Assembly: GCA_964016885.1 (NCBI GenBank)
Contig: OZ024740.1
Coordinates: forward strand, 227,788,001-227,852,000
Length of the DNA: 64,000 bases
Source: Eledone cirrhosa
Taxonomy: Eukaryota
Direction: 5' to 3'
The position numbers and the translations under genes are program-made. Below the pieces are notes generated by a model that saw only the letters and a list, made by a program, of their open reading frames with translations, searched no databases and was not told where the DNA came from. Positions 52,299 to 64,000 of this stretch are shown one piece after another; positions within the stretch are counted from its first letter, which is position 1; every line of letters starts with the position of its first letter.

Positions 52299-54437
52299 TC
52301 ATCCACAATACGTTCCAGTGGATCAAACTGGAATAGTTCCCTCCGATCGAGTGGCAACCGTCTAAGCTGCAATCTCATGTTCAATGCTAAGAAACGTTGC
52401 CGCATTTCTTCATCAGGAATTGGCAAATTGAAATCTGTTAAACATTTGAAATGAACTTCAAGCAGTTGCTCAATATTGAGCAAAACAATAGCTTTCATCA
52501 AATTTTCATCATCGACCTGAAGATGATGCCTAAAATCATCAGCCATAATTCCCCAATGGCGTTCAAATAACTCTCTTGGATCGGCAGGATTGCTGTATCC
52601 TAGAATCGTGACAAACAACTGCCATATTTGAGCTGGCATCTGTGTTGTTCCTGCAGCTTCCATGGCGTTATTCCATTCAGCGTAATCCTGAAGGAGTCCC
52701 AGATGTTGACACACAGCCTAGTATGTTTCATATTCCATGCCATTGATTGTTTTCAAATTAGCGAAGCTGTTTACCTCTCCAAAAATCACTATGCAACAGA
52801 ATTAGGAGATAAAACACATCACCAGATGCTGGATGGACATTACAAACCCGTCCAATAGTCATGAATCTCAACTTTTGTTTTCTATCATTCCATTTCTTTC
52901 CCTTCTTATCCCACGTATATAGTGCGAAGGGAAATTGCAGTAGAGTTGCCTTTGATCCGGGTTCAAAGCATGTTCCCTATTATACTTGAACCACTCAGTC
53001 AATTCCGTCTTAGGAGGTGGTGCGTTAGCAATTCTTTCGACACCTCTTCTAGTGTCCTGAAAACAGAGCATTTGCCTATTCTCTAAGTGAACCGTCAGTT
53101 TCTGAACGCTGGGTTTGCGTTCATTGAGATCAAAATCGAACAATCTCCAGCAAGAGATTCGCTAGATCCAATCGAGCAAATATCCTGCCAACTTCATCTC
53201 CTTGGTTCGTTTCCTCATTCCTGACATTGATCATTGCCCGATCATGACCTTTGTAAACATATTTGAATAGATATTTGCAAGCTTTCACTGAGCTACAAAT
53301 TTCAACATTAATATGACAACGATATTTCATAATCAAATATGGATTGTATGGCAAACCCATTGATTTGTAACCTGTCGACCATTTACATTTTCGACCAAAC
53401 CGCCATCTGAAGGCGACCGTCTTCTGTATGAGCATCCTCATCGTTCCAGGAAGTGTTTGTGACAAAAGATTTCGGAAAGTGCTTACTGCATTGGCCATTA
53501 TTCATGCAAGGCGCTTTCCGATTTGCCACTCCGCATTGGTTGTGCACCATTGACTTTGCCACCAAGGTGCGTAGTGCACAATATCAGGACGGTCCTTTGG
53601 CTGTTGTCCTGGCAAAAGTGCATCCTTAATATCAGTCCATTCAGGATTGCATGTAACCGTTATAAACAAATCTGGCTTTCCAAACTTTCTGACAATAGCC
53701 ATTGCATCCTGATAGCGAATGTTCATATATCTCGGGCCGCCGATGAACGACGATGGCAAAATGATGCGTCGACCAATTTGCTTGTAATTGGCATCATCGG
53801 CTGCTATCGCATCCTGTATATTATTATACAATTCAGCTCTGATATGTTGCTGATGTGTAGCTATATAATTTAGCCTTTGATTTTCGATCTTTGCGAATGC
53901 CATACAGCAATATTCCTGGAACAATGTGCTGGCTTGAAATAGCGCATTTCTCTGTTGATTCCTCTCGTTCAAATGGAACGCGTAAAAGTCGCGAATCGAA
54001 TTATTGTGTCTATTGCCACCTCTCTGTTGATGCTGATTCTCATGATCATCTAAATTAACAGACATGTTCCATCCATTTTCACCTTTTGGAAATAAAAGAA
54101 CATAATGCAATGGATCGTATGCCCTATTTGACTCATTGATAGTCTTGAGACCACCATCTCTTCGATTGAGGACGATATCTCTCGATCCAGGCTTATCATC
54201 CATCAACACAGCAACTTCACGAAATCCTTCAGGGGCATTATATCGCCGTTTGTGTTGATTCTTTGGCACTGCATCAGCCTTAATCACCAATGTTTGCTGC
54301 TGAACATTTTGCAGTTCCGCCACCAACATGAAATCCATAACATAAGGATTACACTGTTTAAGCCATGATTGCAAATCACGGATCAAATCACTTAACCTTT
54401 GCCGTTCAAGTTCAGTTATATTTCCCGGCAACTTCAT
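52292..54437 (-). pseudogene. Helitron Rep (HUH/Y2) domain, frameshifted and deleted
   Basis: YDPLHYVLLFPKGENGW, ILPSSFIGGPRYM...YQDAMAIVRKFGKPDLFITVTCNPEW, MVHNQCG...CM...CSKHFPK, PYNPYL...HINVEIC...KYLFKYVYKGHD and LGLLQD. Confidence 0.92.
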
Positions 54438-55258
54438 CCAACCGATCCTAATATCCTCCTCCGATTCACTATAATCTGGATCGTTAACGTAAATTTGAGC
54501 GAATCGAGGCCTGAGGTAACTTCTAAATTACCGATACAATGATACAAACGGCCTTGAATAACTACATTCGGTTGCCATGCTCCACTCTCAAACATCTCAC
54601 TAACTCTCTGCGATGCTAAAGCTAATGAATTGTTAATTTGCCGCGAATATTTGCGCAGTAATCTACCTCGGTCTCCTTGATCACCCCACATACTTAGTAT
54701 TTTAAACTCCGGTGACTCCTCATCATCCGGCATTCGCAAGGGTTCGAGTTGAACTGCTCCTTTATGACAGCACATTGTGGTCCACGTCTTTTCGTGCCTC
54801 CAAAGCAATGCTCCACAATGTGGACACTCTGCTCGTCCACCAATCTGAAAATGGCACGGTTGCCATGATCCATTTTTAATATCATTCGTTCGCCTTCTAG
54901 CCTCTTTACTGGAATGAGGAGCACTTTGGCGACACATTCTCTGAACTTCTGTATTGCGCTGGCGCTGTTCAGCCAGCTCCTCTTCATGCCGTTGCTGCTG
55001 AATTCTGGCCATCTGCTGATGATGCTCAGCCAGTTCGTTTTCAACCATCGCAGCACGCCGTTGCTGCTTGGCTCCAGTGTTTCGTTGGCGTTGTTCAGCC
55101 AGCTCCTCTTCATTCATGGCGGCACGTCTTCGCCTCTGAAGTTCGGCATTCCGCTGTTCGGCCCGTTTTTCTTCATTCCTGGCTGCACACCGTCGCCGCT
55201 GTAGTTCACTGTTTGATAAAGTCGAATTGCTTTTATTATCAGTATTCATTTCGAGCAA
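54434..55258 (-). pseudogene. Helitron RepHel N-terminus (R/E/Q-rich repeats + zinc finger)
   Basis: RRRAAMNEEELAEQRQR-type repeats and CPHCGALLWRHEKTWTTMCCHKGAVQL. Confidence 0.85.
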
Positions 55259-56016
55259 TTGTCAAAAAATGACACAATAATAAATATAAAAGATGTCCGT
55301 CAATGTAAAGAAAGGTCCCTATTTACTCCCTTCACAACTCTGTGTATGTTAGACTGACAGACAGGCACACAGACAGATAAACTGCGTGGCGATTGTGGAA
55401 CACCAGACACATACACGCACGCAAACTTACACACATGATAGTTTTTACTTTCTGTGGAACGCTGCACGCACACAAACATACGCACACGTACATACACACG
55501 CACACATGTTAATAATTATTGAACACAGCATTCACTCTCCCCTCTCACTCCCTCATTGGCATTATGCATATTAATTTCAGTTTGGCGTCGTTGAGGTGGG
55601 CGGAGTCGTTTGAAACCTATGAATCAATGATAATCGAGAATTATGACACACGGAATAATGACGTTCTTCAAATTAATAAATAGATAATTAAGTGAGGTAA
55701 AGCCTTACCACAAAAATACAATAGTATATATAGAGTAATGTAAATGCTAAACAGTTAAAGAAAAAAATAGAATGACAAATAGGGTAATGTAATCTGGAGT
55801 ACACTGTGTCTATGGTAAATGACAGTATGATTACAGTAGGACTGGTTTTAATCATAGGTCTGTCACCTCGATCAAAACTGACCTGGAGTTAAAAAAACAT
55901 CAAAATTATGCCAATGAAACCTACTTATAACTAGAACAGGTTTTCCTTAAAGTGGGTTTTGAAAAACCCAAGGGTTTCATGATAAAATTCTGATATTCAA
56001 CAAGATAAGATCTATC

Positions 56017-56250
56017 TTAACCCTTTAGGTACCAACCTGGCCAAAACCAGCTCTGGTAGTATGAAACAAAAGTCACTCATTTTGAAGGTTTCCAATTTAA
56101 ATTAAAATCTTCCAACATAATTTTATATAAGAACCTTATATTAAATTACTATCTTCTTAATGATATAATTGATAATTTTAGTAAATCCCTCAAAATCCTT
56201 CATTAATTAATTAAAATAGAGTGTATTTCATTAGAAATGTAGTAATGAAA
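56017..56250. mobile_element. TTAA-flanked MITE family B (about 240 bp)
   Basis: TTAACCCTTT-type ends. Related copies lie at about 395-631, 9920-10138, 33963-34105 and 61503-61741, with split copies at 41.1/41.9 kb and 47.7/48.1 kb. Confidence 0.65.
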
Positions 56251-56466
56251 ATTCAGAAAATTTAATATAAATTTGTTTTCTTTACATGAATAAATTCTCT
56301 GTATAAAATAACATTTTCGGTTTTATATATGTATCAATAAATTCACAATTCTATCTTTAAATCAATTTTTATTTCATATATATTATAAAAATTAGGTAGA
56401 TGGGGATTGTCCATAAAATATAGGTGTGGGTTCTGAGATTTTGGGAAACGGTGGTTGACTTTATGG

Positions 56467-56663
56467 CAGTGTTTCTCAACCGGTGTTCCACAGAACCCTA
56501 GGGCTCCGCAAGAGGTTGTTAGGGGTTGTACAAGAATCAATGATAAATAAGTAAAAAGAGTTAGATATTAATAATAATATATAATAATTTTTATGAAAGG
56601 GTTCCCTGAGACATGAAAATTATTTCAAGGGTTCCATAAAGGTAAAAAGGTTAAGAAATGCTG
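56467..56663. mobile_element. hAT/Charlie-like MITE
   Basis: TIRs CAGTGTTTCTCAACC and GGTTAAGAAATGCTG, with degenerate 8-bp flanks CTTTATGG and GTTTAGAG. Confidence 0.75.
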
Positions 56664-57467
56664 GTTTAGAGTGAGTCAGGAAATATGGATAATGTCTGAG
56701 ATAGGAATTATGGATGCTGTATTGGATCTAGTATAAACATGTAGTTTGTAATTGGCTTTGTTTTAATGAGTGTTTTATTTACAAGTTTAGTATTCAATGA
56801 TCTTATTATCCCCTAGGTGTTTTGTTTATTAGTGGCTTTGTTTTCTTAGTGTATTATTTACATATAGGATTGGCAGTATTGGTAGAGAGTCGGATACCAT
56901 GCTTTGCAACATAGAGTTACGGCCCTTTACGGTTTGAGTTCAAATCCCCCCCCGAGGTTAACTTTGCCTTTCAACCTTACGTGTCAATAAAATAAAGCAC
57001 CAGTAATGTACTGGAATTAACTTAATCAACTTCTCCCCACCCACCCACCCACCCCCAAAAAATTACTGGACTTGTGCCTATACTAGAAATCATTATTTAC
57101 ATAGGGAAACCATTCAGTGATTACTTTGCGTATATTCTAGGTGTATCTACGTTCAGATTTATGTATTTGATGGTCCTATTTGCTTATTTACATATAAGGG
57201 TTCCACAACAAAATAAGTTTAGGGAACCACTGATATAGGCCACAACACAGAAACCAGTAGAACACAATACAATGACTTAGTAACAAACATCAATTGAAAA
57301 TCTGATGAAGTAAATTAAACATTTTTTTAAATAAAAACATGTCAGGAGAAGGAAGAGGGTGAACAACATATGCTCCCAATAGCAAATAGCAGACAACAAA
57401 CCAGCAGTTAAGTTCTTTGTTCTTCCTTGCTTAAAGATGGATGCATCACCAACACCAAAACCACCAC

Positions 57468-57845
57468 CTACAGCAATAGCAGAACTGACAATCAGACACC
57501 ACCACCAGCAATTGTAAAAATGACAATTACTGCCATCATCAACACCACCAGTAGCAATAGCAGAACTGACAATATTACCAGCACCAGCACCAGTACCAGC
57601 AGCAATAGCAGAACTGACAATATTACCAGCACCAGCACCAGTACCAGCAGCAATAGCAGAACTGACAATATTACCAGCACCAGCACCAGCACCAGCAGCA
57701 ATAGCAGAACTGACAATATTACCAGCACCAGTACCAGCAGCAATAGCAGAACTGACAATATTACCAGCACCAGCACCAGCAGCAATAGCACAACTGACAA
57801 TATTACCAGCACCAACACCAGCAGCAATAGAAAAACTGACAATAC
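57468..57845. repeat. Minisatellite with 42/48-bp units
   Basis: AGCAATAGCAGAACTGACAATATT(ACCAGC)n repeated about 7 times. Confidence 0.9.
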
Positions 57846-58037
57846 TCATCATCACTACCACCACCACAATCAGCAGAACAGCTAACCATCAGTATCACCA
57901 CTACCACTACCACCAATAGTAGAACTGCCAATCACCACCACAACTGCCCACCACCACCAACACAACCAAGAGAGCTTCTATGTGGTCAATCAGCCTGCTA
58001 AAAGTAGCAGAAATCTCCCTCAAATCATATCCTACAT

Positions 58038-58070
<33 letters not shown>

Positions 58071-58199
58071 GGGACTGGAGGCTATATAGTCTTAATATAA
58101 AGGACAGACACATCATATCATACTGGAAATAAAATATGATGGTCATGGCTGGAATGCTTATGATCATGTGTCTGTTTGGTCAAGCCAACCTAACCTAGG

Positions 58200-60360
58200 G
58201 TTAAATAACACCATCACCACTACCCTACCACCACTGGTGACATCACTACCATCACCCCCTACCCCAACAACTACTGTTAACCCCTACCATTACCCTGCTA
58301 CCACTATTACATCCTTATGACCACTACAACCACTACAATTGCCCTATACCATTGCTTCCACTACACCCCTACCATGGCCTCCTACCACAACCACCATAAC
58401 TATTATACTCCTATGACCACTACCATTGCCCTTACTACCACAACCATTGCCCTTACTACCACAACCATTACACCACTACCACCACCACCACCACCACCAC
58501 CACCACCACCACCACAACCACCACCACTACTACTACTACTGCCAGTACCATCATTACCAACAGCAGATGGTGGAAAAGCCTCAGAATAAAACAACATAGG
58601 GATTTTGACAAATCTTTCGAAACACAAAGGGGGTAGATGGGTGGCCTTACTCCCATCTACTCTTACTATCACTCCTACTACTGCTGCTGTTGCTGCTACA
58701 CAACTCTGCAGCTTTCTGGTTCTCATCCTATGACAGACAGTGGTGCAGTTAAGGTTGCACTAAGACAAGCAGGGTGGGTGGCAAGAGGGTAGATGGGTGT
58801 GTGGATGGTGGTAGGAGTTGAAGGTGAAGAGGAGATAGAAAATGAGGAAGAGGTTTGAGTGAATGAGAGAGGGGAGGAGGGGGCAAGTGTAAGAGAGATA
58901 TGCATATAGTATATGCATGCATGCATACATGCATGCATAAATACACGCATACACATACATTTATACATACACACATACATACACACACACATGCATGCAT
59001 ACACACACACACATGCATGCATATGTACATACACACATACGTGCATGTATGTATACATACATATACATGCATACAGGCATTTATATATATACACATACAT
59101 GCATGAATACATACATATATACATATACACATACATACATGCATGTATACATACATATACAAGCATACAGACATACATATACACATACATGCATGAATAC
59201 ATGCATATATACATATACACATACATACATATACAAGCATACAGACATACATATACACATACATGCATGAATACATGCATATATACACATACATACATAT
59301 ACAAGCATACAGACATACATATACACATACATGCATGAATACATGCATATATACATATACACATACATACATATACAAGCATACAGACATACATATACAC
59401 ATACATGCATGCATACATGCATATATACATATACACATACATGCATGCATGAATACATACGTATACAAGCATACAGACATACATATACATGCATACATAC
59501 ATTTATACATATAACATACATGCATATGTATGAACACATACATAAACACACTCACAATCATACATACATGAATGTATATATATACATTTATGCATACAAA
59601 CAGATGCACACACACACTCTCACGTGTATGAGTGCTTGGGTGGTGGGTTGGGTACATCATTAATCTTGTAGTTTTCTTCTCTACCCACCATCCACCCCTT
59701 ACACCTCATTTGCCTCTTCCTTCACACTATACACACACAATACAGGCAGCAGCCACCAAGCCCTACCCCCAACATTTACCCAACCACACCCTACTTCCTA
59801 ACAACACCCCACTGATTTTCTCTATCCTATTTCTCTTCACTTCATCCAAAATCCATTCATTTATCCAACACTACTACTAGTACTACTACTACTATTACTA
59901 CTACTACTACTACTACTACACAATCTTTCTGAACTTGTCAAGCTGCACCCTGCTCCCTCACCAAAAAATACAGCTGTGTTTATCTAAAAGCAATAGAAAA
60001 AGCGCACACACATACAAATACAAGTTCACACATTCACGCAAACATACAAGTTCACACTGTCACACAAACACATACACACACACACACACAAATACATACA
60101 AGATCACACTATCATACACACACTCACACAAGATCACACTGTCACACATTCACACACACTATCATACACACACTCACACATACATACAAGATCACACCGT
60201 CACACATTCACACACACACAAATACATACAAGATCACACACACACACACAAGCACATACAAGATCACACACACATAAATATATACAAGATTACACACTCA
60301 CACACATACATACAAGATCACACATTCACACACCTGCATAAACACACACATACACAAAAT
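58200..60360. repeat. Simple-repeat block: (ACC/ACT)n, (TACA/TGCA)n and ACATACAAGATCACAC units
   Basis: Visible periodicity. Confidence 0.88.
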
Positions 60361-60577
60361 TACTTGCACCCTGTTCCTACACACACACACTCTCTCTTTT
60401 TATCTATTTATCAATCTGTCTATATCCTAAGAGCAAATCTGTCTATCTACCTCTCTTTCTATTTATCTCATGAACTAAGGAAATACAAGAAAATAAAAAA
60501 AACACAAAAACAAAAGTAGTATCTCTAACTAGAAATAAAAGGATTCCTTTGTTTTGTTTTTCAGTCTCATCCCCCTA

Positions 60578-61310
60578 AATAATTGTTTCTACTTTTGGCA
60601 CAAGGCCAGCAATACCCCAGTGCATTACTGGTACTTGATTTTATCGACCCTGTAAGGATGAAAGGCAAAGTTAACTTTGGCGGGATTTGAACTTAGAACG
60701 TAAAGGGCCATAACTTTATGTTGCAAAGCATGACATCAGACCCTTTACCGATACTGCTAATCCACTGCCCTTCTGCATGCTATTATTACTATATCTCTTT
60801 ACATTCTTAGTGAAAATCCTGCTGAGGCTTTTCCTTTCATCCTTACAGGATTGATAAAACAAACTATCAGTAATGCACTGAGGTCGATTTAATGGAGTTG
60901 TTGTGGCCTTGTGCCTAAATCAGAAACCATTATCAAGGGGCAGTTGATTAGCAGTATCAGTAGAGCGTCATTCAATGTGCTTTGCAGCATATAGTCACGG
61001 CCCTTTACGTTCTGAGTTCAAATCCTGCCGAGGTTAGCTTTGCCTTTCATCCTTATGGGGTCAATAAAATAAAGTAGCAGTAATGTACTCGGGTTGATTT
61101 AATCGACTTTCCCCTCCCCCAAATTACTGGCCTTGTGCCTATACTAGAAATCATTATTATTATTAAGGGGATGGATTGACAGAATCTTTGCAATATCTGT
61201 TTTGAGTCTTTATGTTCTGTGTTCAAACCCTGCCAAAGTCAACTGTGCCTTCCATCCTTCTGGGATATATAAATTAAATACCAGTTATGTACTAGAATCA
61301 ACTTAATCGC
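60578..61310. mobile_element. Mixed-orientation Meta-like SINE cluster
   Basis: Minus copy at 60578-60770 followed by plus copies at about 60820-60935, 60937-61163 and 61165-61310. Confidence 0.82.
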
Positions 61311-61502
61311 TCCCCACCCCCACCTCACACAATTATATAAACCATTACTAGCTTTGTAGAAAATGCCTTGTGGTACTTAGTTTTGTCATGGTCAACTTTG
61401 TTTTTTGTTCATCAAGGACACCTAGCTTCCCACCCATCTAAGAGGCACTGAAAGGGGTCATAGATATTGCCATTCCCTCTGTGATTAAACAGTAAAAAAA
61501 AA

Positions 61503-61741
61503 TTAACGTTTTTGATACAAACCCATTCAAAACACATGTTCTATGAAATAAAACCAATGATTTTAAAGGTGTTCCAATTTTTAAAAAAAACCTGCCAACA
61601 TAATTTTATATAAGAACCTTTTATGTAACAAATACCAACTTAATAATTAAATAATTAATAATTTTAATTAATCCTTTCAAATTCTTCATTAATTAATTAA
61701 AATAGTGTATCTTATTAGAAATATATTCATGAAAAGGTTAA
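61503..61741. mobile_element. MITE family B
   Basis: TTAACGTTTTTGATAC...GAAAAGGTTAA; collinear with 56017-56250. Confidence 0.65.
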
Positions 61742-62184
61742 CTAACTAATTCCTTCCCACAAAATTTCTTGCCTTGTACTGACTGACATTAGAAACAATT
61801 TTAGAAATGATTAAAATAGCTGAATTGGTAAAGCATCAAAGAAAATGTTTTGTGGTATTATTTAGTTCAATTTCTTTAGATTCTGTGTCCAAATCACACC
61901 ATAGTCAACTGGTCAACTTTGCTTTTTATCCTTCAGGAAGATCAACTGAATAAAATACCAGTCAAGTAAGGGGTGGGAGATGTCAATTTAATTAACTATA
62001 CCAGAGCTATCAGAATTTGGGCAATATACTTTTTAACTTTTAAAATCCTGTAATGATTAAGCAAAAAATATTTTTTTTAATATTTATAATAATAATAATA
62101 ATAATGAGGTGCACTACAACTCGTCAAATGTTTATAGTGTTTTTACTATTGGACAGGTTTGGTGTGAACATTTGCAGTATTAGA

Positions 62185-62345
62185 ATGGACCCCAAGCAAG
62201 ATGGTTGGGTAACAATTGAACTTGGCTGATCTTGCTAGGGGATCCAGCTGGATCAATTGGAAACAGTTACTTCTGACAGGACCCACTGGAAGGCATGCTT
62301 GAGGACTCTGTCCCAAAGACTCTCCCAGGAATAAGGAGGAGGAGG
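62185..62345 (+). mobile_element. Expander/Rex3-like RTE 3' tip
   Basis: Homologous to the reverse complement of 28590-28740 (GATCCAGCTGGATCAATTGGAAACAG...TGGAAGGCATGCTTGAGGAC). Confidence 0.7.
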
Positions 62346-64000
62346 TGGAGAAGAAGGACGAGAAGATGACAACATATTTTTAATGTGATGCAGTCATTGT
62401 GTTGTTTTGCACTTTCCATGAGTGGGTTGCTAATGCTGTTTCATGTGGTACACTACGTTAAGAACTAAAAAAAAAAAAGCTAATATTGACCTCGAATCTA
62501 ACTCAACTCCTCATTTTACCATTGATTTTTTTTTTGTCACATATTTCTCGGCTTATATATGAGTATATACGGTGAATTGTTTATATCTCTTTCTCTCACT
62601 CTACTCCAAAGATGTGTAGGCATATGAACAGATGTTAAGTATGGAGATGATTCCTAACAACATAGAGTTTGTAAAGAGATCCAGGTAATGATGTCTACGA
62701 AAGACAAGCCCATTTAGTTGTCTTATTGTGGACCAGAAAAGAGGGAACTAAGAGCCACCTTAGAGCAGAAAACACAAAAGTGAAAAAAGTAAAAAAAAAA
62801 AAGAAAATAAATAGAAAGAAGACAGAGAGAATAGGATAGTGGGGGACATTACAATAACAAGACTCTGAAGTGAAGACCCACGATTGCTTGTTACTACTGT
62901 TTCTTCAGCACCATTAATCAGAAATCAGGAAATAACCAAAACAGAAAATTAAAATTACCTCATTCTTATTGCTGCCAGCAACAATATAGGACAGCAAGAA
63001 GCTGAGGAATTGCCTTCTTCATCATAAGACTGGACTGGACAGAGCCTTGTATTAAATTTAGAAATTATGCAGTGACAAAAACCCACCCTAGAGCAGTGTT
63101 TCTTTCCTAAAATGGATTCTAAAGAACTCCAGTGTTTTGCAAAAAAAAAAGAAAAAACCCTCATAAACATTCTCACACCAGGTACATTTTATTGTGTCAC
63201 CAGCACTAGAAAGGTTGTCATATATTTGACACAAATTAAATGTCTTTTCAACTCTTTGTTTGACAAGTTCTCTAGGGATGGATGCCCTTCCAATCAAAAA
63301 TCAATTTACAGAGTGTACTGGATGCATTTTATCATGTCATTAACACTTATATAGAGTGCTATGCCCTTGACATAACTGAAGAGTTCTCTGATCTTTTTTC
63401 TTCTTTCTTATGGCATCGTTTCTACAGCTGGATGCCCTTCCTGCCACCTTACAAGGTGACGGTGCATTTTTGGTGGCACTAGCACCAGAGAGGTTGATGT
63501 GTCATATGTGTGCACGTGTGTGTGTGTGTGTACATGTATACATGTGTGTGTGCGTGTGTATACATATATATATATAAATAAATATACTCTTTAATTCCTT
63601 TTTCTTTTCTTTTGTTTCAGTCTCATGAGACTTTCGTTGCTATAAAAATCACAATACCTGGGAAATTTCAGTCATCACATAAAATTCTATGTGTACATGT
63701 TATAGCTTAATTGATATAAGTTATTGTTTTGTCTTGTCACTTACTTCAGTCAGTGCTTTAGCTTGTCTCAGACACTGTGATCCAAGGTAGACCAGCTGTA
63801 TCGTCAGTATGGGTCAAAACTGCCAGAAGTTTATCTCAACAGCTGAAGACCTTGGAGTTCTGTATCTTTTGTTTGTATTTTTATTTTCAAAATTTTTTTT
63901 TGAGGTTTCCCCTTCAAAACAAATTTTTTTGTTTTGTCTTGTTTTCATTTGTTGTATTTCCTTTGTTAATTTTCCTAACTTTATATATATGTATAATATA

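Larger units (their letters stand above)
50130..55684 (-). mobile_element. Helitron (rolling-circle transposon), non-functional
   Basis: On the minus strand the 5' end is TCTATTTATTAA (55684) and the 3' end is the hairpin TACCCTGGCAAAGCTGGGTA followed by CTAG (50130). It lies between A and T with no TSD and contains RepHel relics. Confidence 0.93.
49986..55758. mobile_element. MITE family A split by the Helitron (halves 49986-50129 and 55685-55758)
   Basis: The two halves joined align to the reverse complement of 41295-41510. Confidence 0.85.

Noticed and set aside
57468-57845. Repeat-spacer appearance resembling a CRISPR array
   Set aside because: The spacers are (ACCAGC)n rather than unique sequences, the context is eukaryotic and no cas genes are present.
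62955-63060. Minus-strand exon candidate ending GAG|GTAATT
   Set aside because: The acceptor is poor, and the plus strand resembles a decayed APE endonuclease segment (GIAFFI...), so a LINE relic is at least as likely.

Overview
This is AT-rich, microsatellite-dense eukaryotic DNA that is almost entirely repeats. The SINE and LINE families resemble those of coleoid cephalopods such as Octopus (my inference, not a database result). I cannot support any intact host gene. Most ORFs in the track are artefacts of (TA)n, (CA)n, (TACA)n or (CT)n repeats. The two large coding relics are both on the minus strand. One is a near-full-length RTE LINE (about 4.8-8.6 kb) with APE endonuclease, RT and a PHD finger inside the RT. 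The other is a dead Helitron (50130-55684) with both termini intact, inserted at an A|T site inside a TTAA MITE. Smaller fragments come from several other RTE families, a CR1 element and a CRE-clade RLE element. There are also tRNA-derived SINEs with Meta-, CORE- and Nin/Deu-like bodies, and piggyBac-like, Tc1/mariner-like and hAT-like MITEs. The most interesting unannotated signal is a set of short (TA)n-bounded cassettes carrying minimal type I hammerhead ribozyme cores of the Penelope-like/retrozyme kind. One at 47.5 kb looks intact. These occur alongside many fold-back inverted repeats at (TA)n tracts.
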